Below, piece by piece: positions 8,624 through 16,818 of a stretch of 32,000 nucleotides of DNA (within the stretch, counting starts at the first letter, position 1; each line of letters begins with the position of its first letter). This DNA comes from an uncultured Pseudomonadota bacterium. GTDB taxonomy: Bacteria; Myxococcota_A; UBA796; GCA-2862545. The stretch is from assembly GCA_903861005.1 (NCBI GenBank), contig CAIOSP010000091.1, positions 2,437 through 34,436 on the forward strand. The letters are read 5' to 3'. The position numbers and the translations under genes were made by a program. Below the pieces are notes generated by a model that ran no database searches, was not told the origin of the DNA, and worked only from the letters and a program-made list of their open reading frames with translations.

Positions 8624-8999
8624 GCGTTGTTGGGTCCGATTGTGGGGTCGTCCCTCGCCGACTCGGGCCCGTTCTCGACGGCGTGTCCGGGGCATTTCGA
8701 CCTACCCGAACGGGTGAGGAATTGCGGCAGATGCGCCCATCAAGGCACACGCCCGGCACTTTGTTCGATTTTTCGTGAGCACCTCCACGCGATTCAGCCT
8801 GCACGGCCAGGATTCGCAAGATGCCGGTTCTTCGAACACTTTCGATCGGAAGGCCGGAAATCCGGACCGGTCGTTGCCCTACGATCCGCGCGGCGGCGGC
8901 ATTGTAGGGGGTTTCCAACGCGGTGAAATGCGCTAGTGTCTCAACGTCCTGGCCATTCCCCGTCGGACGAACCGCGGGGCAAGCCATACGGAGGACCCG

Positions 9000-9293
9000 A
9001 TGAACAAGACCGAGTTCGCGCAAAAGCTGGCTAAGAAGGGCGGCCTCTCCCAGGCCAAGGCTCTCGAGATCCTCGACCTGATCTTCTCCGCGAAGAAGGG
9101 CGAGGGCATCGTCGCCTCCGAGCTCGATGGCGGCGGCAAGGTCACCATCCCCGGCTTCGGCACCTTCGGCTCCAAGAAGCGCGCCGCCCGCCAGGGCCGC
9201 AACCCCTCCACGGGCGCCGTGATCAAGATCACCGCCAAGAAGTACGCGTACTTCAAGCCGGGCAAGACCCTGCGCGAGCGCGTCTCCAAGTAG
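9000..9293 (+). CDS. hup: HU family nucleoid-associated DNA-binding protein
   Basis: 97 aa. MNKTEFAQKLAKKGGLSQAKA...IPGFGTFGSKKRAARQGRNPSTGAVIKITAKKYAYFKPGKTLRERV has the HU/IHF arm motif RxxRNPxTG. GGAGGA precedes the ATG at 8990-8995. Confidence 0.95.
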   Translation: MNKTEFAQKLAKKGGLSQAKALEILDLIFSAKKGEGIVASELDGGGKVTIPGFGTFGSKKRAARQGRNPSTGAVIKITAKKYAYFKPGKTLRERVSK

Positions 9294-9345
9294 TCCGACT
9301 CGCGGGCTGACTGCCCTCGGGCGGGCAGCCATCGCGGACCTACAC

Positions 9346-9385
9346 AACCGCCGGTCCTCTCACGAGGCTCGGCGGTTTTGTGCTT
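9346..9385 (+). terminator. Rho-independent terminator of the HU gene
   Basis: AACCGCCG (9346-9353) pairs with CGGCGGTT (9370-9377). An inner CCTC/GAGG helix has a 4-nt loop. The hairpin is followed by TTTTGTGCTTTCT. It also lies just beyond the ndh stop (9392) on the other strand, where it lacks a U-tract. Confidence 0.7.
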
Positions 9386-9391
9386 TCTGGG

Positions 9392-10660
9392 TCAGCTTCC
9401 ACTCGCCCCGTCGCGCTCGGCTTCGTCCTGCCAGAGCAGCCGGCTGGAGCGATCCGACACCGCCCACGCCCACGCCCACTTCACGAACACCACGACGCGG
9501 TTTCGGTGGCCGACCAACGTCATCAAGTGGACGAACACCCAGATCAGCCACGCGACCACGCCCGAGAGGTGGACCTTGCCGATGGCCGCGACCGCGAGGC
9601 TGTAGCCGACGGTCGCGAGGCTACCCTTGTCCAGGTAGCGGAACTTGCGGTGCGGCTTGCCGGCGAGGTCGTCCAGGATGGCCTGCGCGACGTACTGGCC
9701 CATGGTGATCGCGACCGGCGCCACGCCCGGCAGCGGCGCCTCTCGACCGTGCGCGTAGTTCGCCAGATCGCCGATGACGCGGACCTCAGGGTGGCCCGGG
9801 ATGGAGCAGTCCGGCTCGACGATCACGCGGCCCGATCGGTCGAGCGGCGCACCGAGCGCGGCGCCGAGCGCGGAGCCACGGACGCCCGCCGCCCACACGA
9901 TCGTCGCGGCCTCGATGCGCTCCTCGCCCAAGACCACCACGCCCGCCTGGATGTCGCGGACGGGCACGCCGGTGCGCACCTCGACGCCGAGGCCCTCCAG
10001 CTGCTTGCGCGCGCTGGCCCGGAGGTCGGCGGGGAAAGGGGGGAGCAGGTCCTGGCCTGCCTCGACCAGGATGACGCGCACGTCGCGCGGGTGGATGTGA
10101 CGGAAGTCGGTGGGGACCGACGCGAGCGCGATCTCGCGGATGGCGCCGGCCATCTCCACGCCGGTCGGTCCGCCGCCGATCACGACGAACGTGAGCTGCT
10201 TGGCGCGCTCACGCGGCTCGTTCAGCAGGTCGGCGCGCTCGAAGGCCATCAAGATCTTGCGGCGGATCGCCAGCGCGTCGCCGATGGTCTTGAGGCCCGG
10301 CGCGTGCGCGGCCCAGGCGTCGTGCCCAAAGTACGAGCCGCGCGCGCCGGTCGCGACGATCAAGTGGTCGTAGGCCAGCTCGCGGCCGTCGGCGGTGATC
10401 ACCTTGCGGTCCGTGTCGACCGCGGTGACCTCGGCCAGGAGCACGTCCACGTTGGGCTGCTTGGCCAAGATCACGCGCAGAGGCTCGGCGATGTCGGACG
10501 GCGCGAGCGACGCGGTCGCCACCTGGTACAGCAGCGGCTGGAACAGGTGGTGGTTGCGCTTGTCGATCAGCGTGATGCGCACGGGCGCGTGCCGGAGCGC
10601 GTGGATGGCCGCGAGCCCGCCAAAGCCGCCGCCGACCACGATGACGTGAGGGAGAGTCAA
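9392..10660 (-). CDS. ndh: Type II NADH:quinone oxidoreductase (NDH-2), FAD-dependent pyridine nucleotide-disulfide oxidoreductase
   Basis: HVIVVGGGFGG and FVVIGGGPTGVE are the dinucleotide folds, and the C-terminal amphipathic/membrane segment is WLIWVFVHLMTLVG. The start is taken at TTG 10660, 5 nt after GGAGG. The remaining 687 aa of the 1109-aa track ORF are Arg-rich antisense of the neighbouring gene. Confidence 0.9.
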   Translation of the reverse strand: MTLPHVIVVGGGFGGLAAIHALRHAPVRITLIDKRNHHLFQPLLYQVATASLAPSDIAEPLRVILAKQPNVDVLLAEVTAVDTDRKVITADGRELAYDHLIVATGARGSYFGHDAWAAHAPGLKTIGDALAIRRKILMAFERADLLNEPRERAKQLTFVVIGGGPTGVEMAGAIREIALASVPTDFRHIHPRDVRVILVEAGQDLLPPFPADLRASARKQLEGLGVEVRTGVPVRDIQAGVVVLGEERIEAATIVWAAGVRGSALGAALGAPLDRSGRVIVEPDCSIPGHPEVRVIGDLANYAHGREAPLPGVAPVAITMGQYVAQAILDDLAGKPHRKFRYLDKGSLATVGYSLAVAAIGKVHLSGVVAWLIWVFVHLMTLVGHRNRVVVFVKWAWAWAVSDRSSRLLWQDEAERDGASGS

Positions 10661-10801
10661 GCACACCTCCACCGTCCGGGGGGGGCGGCATGTAGGTCGA
10701 CCGCCCGTGCCGCGCCAAGACGGTGACGAACCGTGGCGCGGGGGCTCGGTCGGCCCGGGTGCAGGCCGCGTGCTACGGGTCAACCGAGAGCTCCCCGACC
10801 G

Positions 10802-13168
10802 ATGCACCCGTCGAACCTCCGTCGCCGCTTGGCCCGCCTGCTGGGCGTGCTCGTGCTCCTGGTGGGGTTGGCGGGGGTGTTCGTCCGGGTCGCGCCGACG
10901 ACGACGTGGGCGGTGCCGGTGCGGGCGGGCGACACCCTCGACGGCTGGACGGTGGACGACGTGCGACGCACGCCGTTCGAGGTGCGCGTCGAGCTGAGCC
11001 GGGGCGACGTCCACCGCGCGGTGCGTTGGGTAGACTGGTCGAACACGGAGCGGCCGATCCTCGCGCGCGTCGGGCACGTCACGTTGGTGGCGGACGACCC
11101 CACCGCGTCGACGCTCCCCGACACGCTGATCCGGCCGATGGTGGCGGCGATCACGGCGCGGCAGGACAGCTGGCCTGCGCCGCCGCCCTTTGTCGCGCCG
11201 AAGACCGTGAAGATCCCCGTGCGCGCCCAGGTCGAGAGCGCGCTCGCCGAGGGCGTGATCGTCGCGTGGCTCGCGGCGATGGTCGGCCTGGCGCCCGAGC
11301 TGGCCGGTTGGCTCGGCGGCGTGGGCGCGGGCGCGTGGTCGGCGCTGGTCGCGATGATCGTCGCGCAGGTCGGCTTCGTCCGGTGGATGGGGATCGGCGG
11401 CGTGTGGCACAGCAACCAGCACGGGTTCGATCGCATCGCGGACGTCGAGCAGGGGACGCCGCCTGCGGTGGCGGCGCTCGGGCTGCTGCACGGGCACGGC
11501 TACTACGCGCTCTTCCAGCCGCTCTTCTCGATGTTTGGCGGGCGCGTCAGCGTGTTCACGCTCTCGCAGGGCGTGACGGCGGTGGGGCTGGTCGCGCTGT
11601 TCGCGTGGCTGTTCGGCTTGTGGGGCAAGGCGCGCCCGGCGCTGCTCGGCGTCGCGTTCGCGGCCTCGCTGCCGATCGTTCTCCGGCTCTCCGCGAGCGA
11701 GGACATGTACGTCCCGACGGTCGCCTGGACCTGCTTCGCGCTGGCGCTGGTGGAGGCGTGGCTTCGGACGGGGTCGATGGCCGCGCTGGCGCTCGCGGTC
11801 CCCCCGTCCGTGCTCGCGATGCAGACGCGCGCGGAGCTGCTGCTGCTCCTGCCGGTGTGGGTGTTGCTGGGCGCTGCGGTGCGCAGGCCGGATCGACTCC
11901 GCGCGGCGCTCACCGACGGGCGCGCGTGGGCGATCGTCGTCACCGCGGTGGGGCTGCTCACGCCGCGCCTGCTGGAGATCGTGGCGTCGCCGCCGCCGTC
12001 CGACCTGCGCCGGACCGCGCTCGATCCGATGGCCGACCCGCGGCTGGTGCTGTTGGCGGCGCTGGCGCTCGTGCTGGTCGCGGCGCACCCGTGGCCTCGC
12101 GCGCGGTGGGAGACGCTGCTGCCGTCGTCCGGCACACGACGCGCGCTCGGCGCGGTGGGTCTGCTCGCGCTGGTTGGCGGCGTCGCGGCGTACGCGCTCG
12201 CCCTGCGCGCGCAGGGTGGACCACTGCAGCGCACGTGGCAGCTGCACGCTGCCTTCGATCCGTCGCTGGTCGCGCCTTGGGTGGGCGCGCTGGTGGCGCT
12301 GGGCGCGGGGATCTCGGCGCGGACGTCGCCGCGGCGAGTCGTCGCGCTCGGGCTGTCGCTGCTGATCGCGCTGTGGATCTACCTGCCGCAGGTCGACTGC
12401 CTGTCGACGTTTGTGCGCACCGGCCTGTCCACGGTCCCGTTGCTGGCCGCGCTCGCGGCGCCCGCGCTGGACGCGATCGTCGCGCGGCTGGGGGGGATGG
12501 CGGGCTCGTTCGTCGTCGGCGGCTTGTTGGCGAGCGGCGTGGTCTATGAGCGGCCCTGGATGACGGCCCGCGACGCCAAGGCCGCGTACTGGGATCTGGT
12601 GGAGGCGATCCGCGCGCGAGTGCCCGAGGGAACGACGGTCGTGTGGCTGGCCGACGCCGACGCACCCGCGGCCGCGACGCACCTGTCGATCAAGCCGGAT
12701 CGCGCACGGCTGGAGCACCACCTGGGCCCGGCCTGGGAGACGGCGTCGCTGACCGCGTGGCGCGCGGGACAGGTGGACCCCAAGGCGCGTGTCGTGTTCG
12801 CGCGCACCCCGGACTGCGGTCGCGTGCTCCTGTCCGCGCGCGGATCGCTCGGGCTCGCCGGAGATCGGGAGGTTCGCTGGCGCTACCTGGACGTGTCGCG
12901 ACTGGCGACGACCGCGCGCATCACCGTGGACGGCGTGGGCCCAGAGTGGATCGACCCCGCGTGCGCGGCGGCGCTGGAGCAGGCGGGCCCGCCGCTTTGG
13001 AGTGTGGTGCCGGACGCCCGCAACGCCGGCAGCATCTTTGAGACGGCGGTCGGCGCGGATCGGACGGTCGGGCTGTACCCGGTGTCGACGGCCCCGCGGG
13101 CGCCGGAGGGCTCGCCCGCGCCCGTCGGCGGAGTCGCGCCGCCGCCCCTTGCGCCGTCGGATCGCTGA
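10802..13168 (+). CDS. Polytopic membrane protein, GT-C (PMT_2/ArnT)-like putative glycosyltransferase; paralog of 14932-16818
   Basis: The layout is an N-terminal TM (LLGVLVLLVGLAGVF), a ~130-aa extracytoplasmic region, about 10 or more hydrophobic helices and a ~250-aa C-terminal soluble domain. A loop AASLPIVLRLSASEDMYVP...LAMQTRAE resembles GT-C loop signatures. The start is at ATG 10802, with GTG 10733 as an alternative. That it is a gene is fairly certain; the function is tentative. Confidence 0.5.
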   Translation: MHPSNLRRRLARLLGVLVLLVGLAGVFVRVAPTTTWAVPVRAGDTLDGWTVDDVRRTPFEVRVELSRGDVHRAVRWVDWSNTERPILARVGHVTLVADDPTASTLPDTLIRPMVAAITARQDSWPAPPPFVAPKTVKIPVRAQVESALAEGVIVAWLAAMVGLAPELAGWLGGVGAGAWSALVAMIVAQVGFVRWMGIGGVWHSNQHGFDRIADVEQGTPPAVAALGLLHGHGYYALFQPLFSMFGGRVSVFTLSQGVTAVGLVALFAWLFGLWGKARPALLGVAFAASLPIVLRLSASEDMYVPTVAWTCFALALVEAWLRTGSMAALALAVPPSVLAMQTRAELLLLLPVWVLLGAAVRRPDRLRAALTDGRAWAIVVTAVGLLTPRLLEIVASPPPSDLRRTALDPMADPRLVLLAALALVLVAAHPWPRARWETLLPSSGTRRALGAVGLLALVGGVAAYALALRAQGGPLQRTWQLHAAFDPSLVAPWVGALVALGAGISARTSPRRVVALGLSLLIALWIYLPQVDCLSTFVRTGLSTVPLLAALAAPALDAIVARLGGMAGSFVVGGLLASGVVYERPWMTARDAKAAYWDLVEAIRARVPEGTTVVWLADADAPAAATHLSIKPDRARLEHHLGPAWETASLTAWRAGQVDPKARVVFARTPDCGRVLLSARGSLGLAGDREVRWRYLDVSRLATTARITVDGVGPEWIDPACAAALEQAGPPLWSVVPDARNAGSIFETAVGADRTVGLYPVSTAPRAPEGSPAPVGGVAPPPLAPSDR

Positions 13169-13270
13169 CAGGTCGCGACCATCGGTCCGCTTGCGGGGCC
13201 GATAGAGGTGTCTACGATGAACCGTGCGCAGGCATCTCGCCCCCGCGCACGCTCAACCCTCGAGAGGACC

Positions 13271-14113
13271 ATGTTCAACGCGCTTAAGACCACCTTCCTG
13301 CTCGCTTCGCTCGGTGGACTGCTCATGGCCGCCGGCTATGCGCTCGGCGGCGCCCAGGGCATGCTGCTCATGCTCGTGGTGTCGACGCTGATGAATTTCG
13401 GCACCTGGTTCTTCTCCGACAGAATCGTGCTCGCGACATCGGGCGCCGTGCCGATCGAAGACCCTCGCCTGCGCTGGCTGGAAGATGACGTCGCCGACCT
13501 CGCGCAGCGCGCCGGGATCCCCAAGCCTCGCGTGTTCCTGGTGCCCCACGAGCTCAGCCCGAACGCGTTCGCCACCGGTCGCTCGCCGGCGCGCGGCGTG
13601 GTCGCTGTGACCGCGGGCCTGCTGCAGACCCTCGATCGTCGCCAGATCCGCGGCGTGCTCGCCCACGAGCTCGGTCACATCAAGAACCGCGACACGCTGA
13701 TCAGCGCGGTCGCCGCCACGGTGGCGTCGGCGATCAGCAGCCTCGCTCGCATGGCCTTCTGGTTTGGCTTGGGCGGTCGCCGTGACGACGATCGCGGTAG
13801 CCCCCTGGTGGGCATGCTGGTCATGATCCTCGCGCCCTTGACCGCGACGATGATCCACTTGGCCATCTCGCGGACCCGCGAGTACGGCGCCGATGCCGCG
13901 GCGGCGGACATCACCGGCGACCCGCAGGGCCTCGCCGACGCCCTGGAGCGCATCGCCTTCGGCGGCGCGCGCCACCCCATGGAGACCGGCACGCCGTCGA
14001 CCCACTACATCGCGAACAACTTCGCGGGCGGCATGGGCAAGCTGTTCAGCACCCACCCGCCCATGGAGGAGCGCGTCGCGCGCCTCCGCGCCATGCGGAC
14101 CGAGCTTCGCTGA
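13271..14113 (+). CDS. htpX: Zinc metalloprotease HtpX (peptidase M48B)
   Basis: MFNALKTTFLLASLGGLLMAAGY..., HELGHIKNRD (HExxH), four TM segments and a C-terminal STHPPMEERVARL. ATG 13271 is preceded by GAGAGGA. Confidence 0.9.
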   Translation: MFNALKTTFLLASLGGLLMAAGYALGGAQGMLLMLVVSTLMNFGTWFFSDRIVLATSGAVPIEDPRLRWLEDDVADLAQRAGIPKPRVFLVPHELSPNAFATGRSPARGVVAVTAGLLQTLDRRQIRGVLAHELGHIKNRDTLISAVAATVASAISSLARMAFWFGLGGRRDDDRGSPLVGMLVMILAPLTATMIHLAISRTREYGADAAAADITGDPQGLADALERIAFGGARHPMETGTPSTHYIANNFAGGMGKLFSTHPPMEERVARLRAMRTELR

Positions 14114-14150
14114 CTTCGCGTCCGGGCGTCGCCGGATTAGGACATCTGGG

Positions 14151-14954
14151 ATGACGCCTGGAGGCTGCGTGGTGCGTTGGATGCTTCCCATGCTCTGTGT
14201 CGCGTGCGCTGCAGGCGCGCCCGGCACCGACGCGCCGCCCACATGCGGCGAGGCTGAGTGCGCCCCGGCCTGCGCCGAAGCCGACGCCAAGGTGGTCGTG
14301 CCCGCGGGCGGTGACCGCCTGACGGCCTACGAGGCCGAACGCCTGACCGGGGACCGCATGGCGCTGCGCCGCGGCCTGGGTCCGCGCGGCAACTGGCCGC
14401 TGCTCTGGTGCGCCGGGTCGAGCACCTGCGAGCAAGCGCTCGACCCGTTGAAGACCACCGATCTCCCGGCGGGCTCCTACGTGGTCGCGCTGCCCCTGCG
14501 GGTGCCGTCTGCGGGCACGTGGCAGGTGGTGGTGGACGTGGACTGCGACGACGGGGGACCGCCCGATCAGCACGTCTCGCTCTTGCTCTCGGCCACGTCC
14601 GGGGTGGGGACCGGGCCCTTCGTGCCCGTGACCGTGCCCGCCGGGTGGGCGGGCCACTGCAGCGCCACCGTGAGCGGGCCGGACGGGAGGATGCTGGGCT
14701 CGGCGACCGCGGCGTTCTCCCTGTTGCCGCAGCCGCTGGTGGTGCTCACGGCGGCGCAGCTGGCGGTGGAGCCCCCGGTGGCGACCGCGCCGGAGGTCGT
14801 GCCGCCGCCGGTTCCTGTCGATCCCGCCGCGTCGCCGCCGGCCGAGCCCGCGGCGCCGCCGGCTCCCGCCGCGCCTTCGGCTCCCGCCGCGCATCCGGCT
14901 CCCGCTGCGCCCGCCGCGCCGGTGAACCCGCCTACGGGCAGGCCGTCACCGTGA
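14151..14954 (+). CDS. Hypothetical Cys-containing lipoprotein with Pro/Ala-rich C-terminal tail
   Basis: ATG 14151. The leader MTPGGCVVRWMLPMLCVAC-A has a lipobox-like LCVAC. GC3 bias is consistent with coding. The tail is PPVPVDPAASPPAEPAAPPAPAAPSAPAAHPAPAAPAAPVNPP. The 3' end overlaps the convergent gene by 23 nt. Confidence 0.5.
   Translation: MTPGGCVVRWMLPMLCVACAAGAPGTDAPPTCGEAECAPACAEADAKVVVPAGGDRLTAYEAERLTGDRMALRRGLGPRGNWPLLWCAGSSTCEQALDPLKTTDLPAGSYVVALPLRVPSAGTWQVVVDVDCDDGGPPDQHVSLLLSATSGVGTGPFVPVTVPAGWAGHCSATVSGPDGRMLGSATAAFSLLPQPLVVLTAAQLAVEPPVATAPEVVPPPVPVDPAASPPAEPAAPPAPAAPSAPAAHPAPAAPAAPVNPPTGRPSP
14859..14912 (+). repeat. Three tandem 18-bp coding repeats (CGGCTCCCGCCGCGC core)
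   Basis: ccggctcccgccgcgcct / tcggctcccgccgcgcat / ccggctcccgctgcgccc are read directly from the sequence. They encode the PAPAAP-type tail. Confidence 0.6.
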
Positions 14955-16818
14955 ACAGGCCGATAGGCAACGGTGTTTGACCTAGATCTTCGAGCCCGCC
15001 GTCCCACGGTGGCGTCTCGATGATCTTGTCCGCGCGCAGGGTGCAGGTGGTGGCCGGGCGCTCGCCGTGCCACCGGTCGCCCACGCCACGCCACACGCGG
15101 TCTCCGACCTGCAGGGGCTCGTCGTTCCCCCACGCGGTCAGCGTCACGTGGCAGACGGCGGCGAAGTAGTGCGACATCGTGTTGAACGGGTCGCGCGCAC
15201 GGTCGTAGCGGACGCGCGCCCCGACGGGCAGCGCGCAGAGCTGGGCGCGCGCGAAGGTGTGCTCGACGGCGTGGGCGAGCGGCGGGCTGAAGGGTCCGCT
15301 CGCCAGGCCCAGCCCGAGCAGCGCCACGGTGGTGGCCGCGGCGCGCACGGCCATGGAGCGCGCGGCGATCGGCTCCCACGCGAGCCCTGCCAGCAGCGCC
15401 CACGTCACCATCGTCGGGAGCTGGAAGCGGGACGTGTCGGTGTAGCGGTGCAGGCCCACATAGGGTGCGGTGCCTGCCAACAACAGCGCGATCGCGGCCA
15501 GCCCGAGGCTCCGTGTGCGCGGCCTTCGGATGAGGCGCCACGCGCCGAACGCTGCGACCGGCACCAGCCAGAAGGGGGTGAGCGTCGGGTCAAACACGAC
15601 GATGGAGCTGCCTCGGCCGAACAGCGGGTTGCCGATCGTCGCCAGCTGCTCGAGCTCGCTGACCGGCAGCAGCCCTGGCGGCGCGTGCGCCAGCTCCCAG
15701 CCCCGGGCGGCGACCGGTCCGAGCGCCAGCAGCAGCGCGCCCCAGCGCCGAGTCAACGCCAGCGCGACCAGCAGGGTCAGCACGACCACGCCCTGGTCAG
15801 GCCGGACGTTCGCCAGCAGGCCCGCCGACACCGCGACGAGCGCGGCACCGACGCGGTCGCCCCGGGAGAGGCCGAGCAGCGCCGTGGCGTGAAGTGCTGC
15901 GATCAGCACGAACAGGGTCTCGGTGGTGCCCAGCGCGACCGCCAGCGGCAGCGTGGCCGCGAGCAAGGCGGTGACCCGCGCCACCCGCGGCGTGGCCCCG
16001 GCGTGCGTCGCCACCGACCACAGGCAGGGCGCGACCCACGCCGACAGCAGCCCGTGGATCAGGTGGAGCTGGTCGGGGTGCGGGCCAAACAGCGGCCGGA
16101 GCACATCAAGGACTGCGTTCCAGCCCGCGCCGTACAGCAAGCTGGGGGACTCGGTGCCCGCGTAGGTCATCAGCGCGCCGTACGGGTAGCCCACGCTCAT
16201 CAGGATGTGCGGCGGCGCGACGACGAAGCGCACGGCGAGCGCGAACAGGCCCCACGCCCAAGGCTCCACCCGGCGCGGCAGCGCCCACAGCGTCAGCGCG
16301 AACCACGCTACCGCCAGCGCGCGCAGCATGCCGACCATCTCGTCGGACGGCGGGCCCCACGGCGAGGGCTTGGGCACGGGCACGTCGATCGGCGCGCGCG
16401 CCCGCAGCGACGCACAGGCCCGCTCGACGGCCTGGTGCACGACCGGGTCCAGGTCGCGCGGGGCGCGCAGGTCGTAGCCGTTCGCGCGGCACGTGGGCTC
16501 CGGCGCGTGCTCGTCGGGCCCGGGCGAGCGCGCCAGCACCACGGCCACGTCGTTGACCGTGAAGTGCAGCTCGCCCTCAGCGGACGAGACGAGCCTGACC
16601 TGGGCGCCGTCGGGTGGGTCGTCGAACACGCCGGCGTGCGCGTCCGTCGACGCGCCGAGCGCCGCGAGCACCAGCCCGGCGAGGGCGGCGCGGCGCGCGC
16701 GGGGCAGGGCAGCGGCGGTCAGCGCGGCTCCATCGGGTGCGGGGCGCCTAGGCGCGGCCGCGGATCCAGCGGTCGCGGCGGGCGATGGCCTCGGCGGACG
16801 CGAGCGCGTCGACCTCAA
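14932..16818 (-). CDS. Polytopic membrane protein, GT-C-like; paralog of 10802-13168 (start uncertain)
   Basis: It has the same architecture as 10802-13168: a signal/TM (AALAGLVLAALGASTDAHA), a ~110-aa periplasmic region, a multi-TM core and a C-terminal domain. Shared strings are A[ST]LP[IL]...[ST]E...[FY]V, LA[MN].[RT][AP][ED] and [ST]LTAW. The only canonical in-frame start is TTG 16818, which overlaps the M61 gene by 71 nt. Confidence 0.5.
   Translation of the reverse strand: MRSTRSRPPRPSPAATAGSAAAPRRPAPDGAALTAAALPRARRAALAGLVLAALGASTDAHAGVFDDPPDGAQVRLVSSAEGELHFTVNDVAVVLARSPGPDEHAPEPTCRANGYDLRAPRDLDPVVHQAVERACASLRARAPIDVPVPKPSPWGPPSDEMVGMLRALAVAWFALTLWALPRRVEPWAWGLFALAVRFVVAPPHILMSVGYPYGALMTYAGTESPSLLYGAGWNAVLDVLRPLFGPHPDQLHLIHGLLSAWVAPCLWSVATHAGATPRVARVTALLAATLPLAVALGTTETLFVLIAALHATALLGLSRGDRVGAALVAVSAGLLANVRPDQGVVVLTLLVALALTRRWGALLLALGPVAARGWELAHAPPGLLPVSELEQLATIGNPLFGRGSSIVVFDPTLTPFWLVPVAAFGAWRLIRRPRTRSLGLAAIALLLAGTAPYVGLHRYTDTSRFQLPTMVTWALLAGLAWEPIAARSMAVRAAATTVALLGLGLASGPFSPPLAHAVEHTFARAQLCALPVGARVRYDRARDPFNTMSHYFAAVCHVTLTAWGNDEPLQVGDRVWRGVGDRWHGERPATTCTLRADKIIETPPWDGGLEDLGQTPLPIGLFTVTACP

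Noticed and set aside
8744-8758. Sigma-54-like GGCAC-N5-cgGCA element (GG-N10-GC) upstream of HU.
   Set aside because: It lacks the TGGCAC/TTGC flanks, lies ~250 nt from the start codon, and no enhancer-binding-protein context is visible. A chance match is likely in GC-rich DNA.
8430-9347. 305-aa and 118-aa minus-strand ORFs covering the HU gene and its upstream region.
   Set aside because: They are antisense to an unmistakable HU coding frame and are Arg/Ala/Pro-rich.
10661-12721. N-terminal 687 aa of the 1109-aa minus-strand track ORF that ends as NDH-2.
   Set aside because: The sequence is low-complexity Arg/Pro/Gln/His-rich and antisense to the GT-C-like gene. NDH-2 homology begins at TLPHVIVVGGG, right after a GGAGG-TTG start at 10660.
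13169-13270. Possible sigma-32 heat-shock promoter upstream of htpX (CTTGCGG ... CTACGAT).
   Set aside because: It matches CTTGAAA-N13-15-CCCCATNT poorly and the spacing does not fit.
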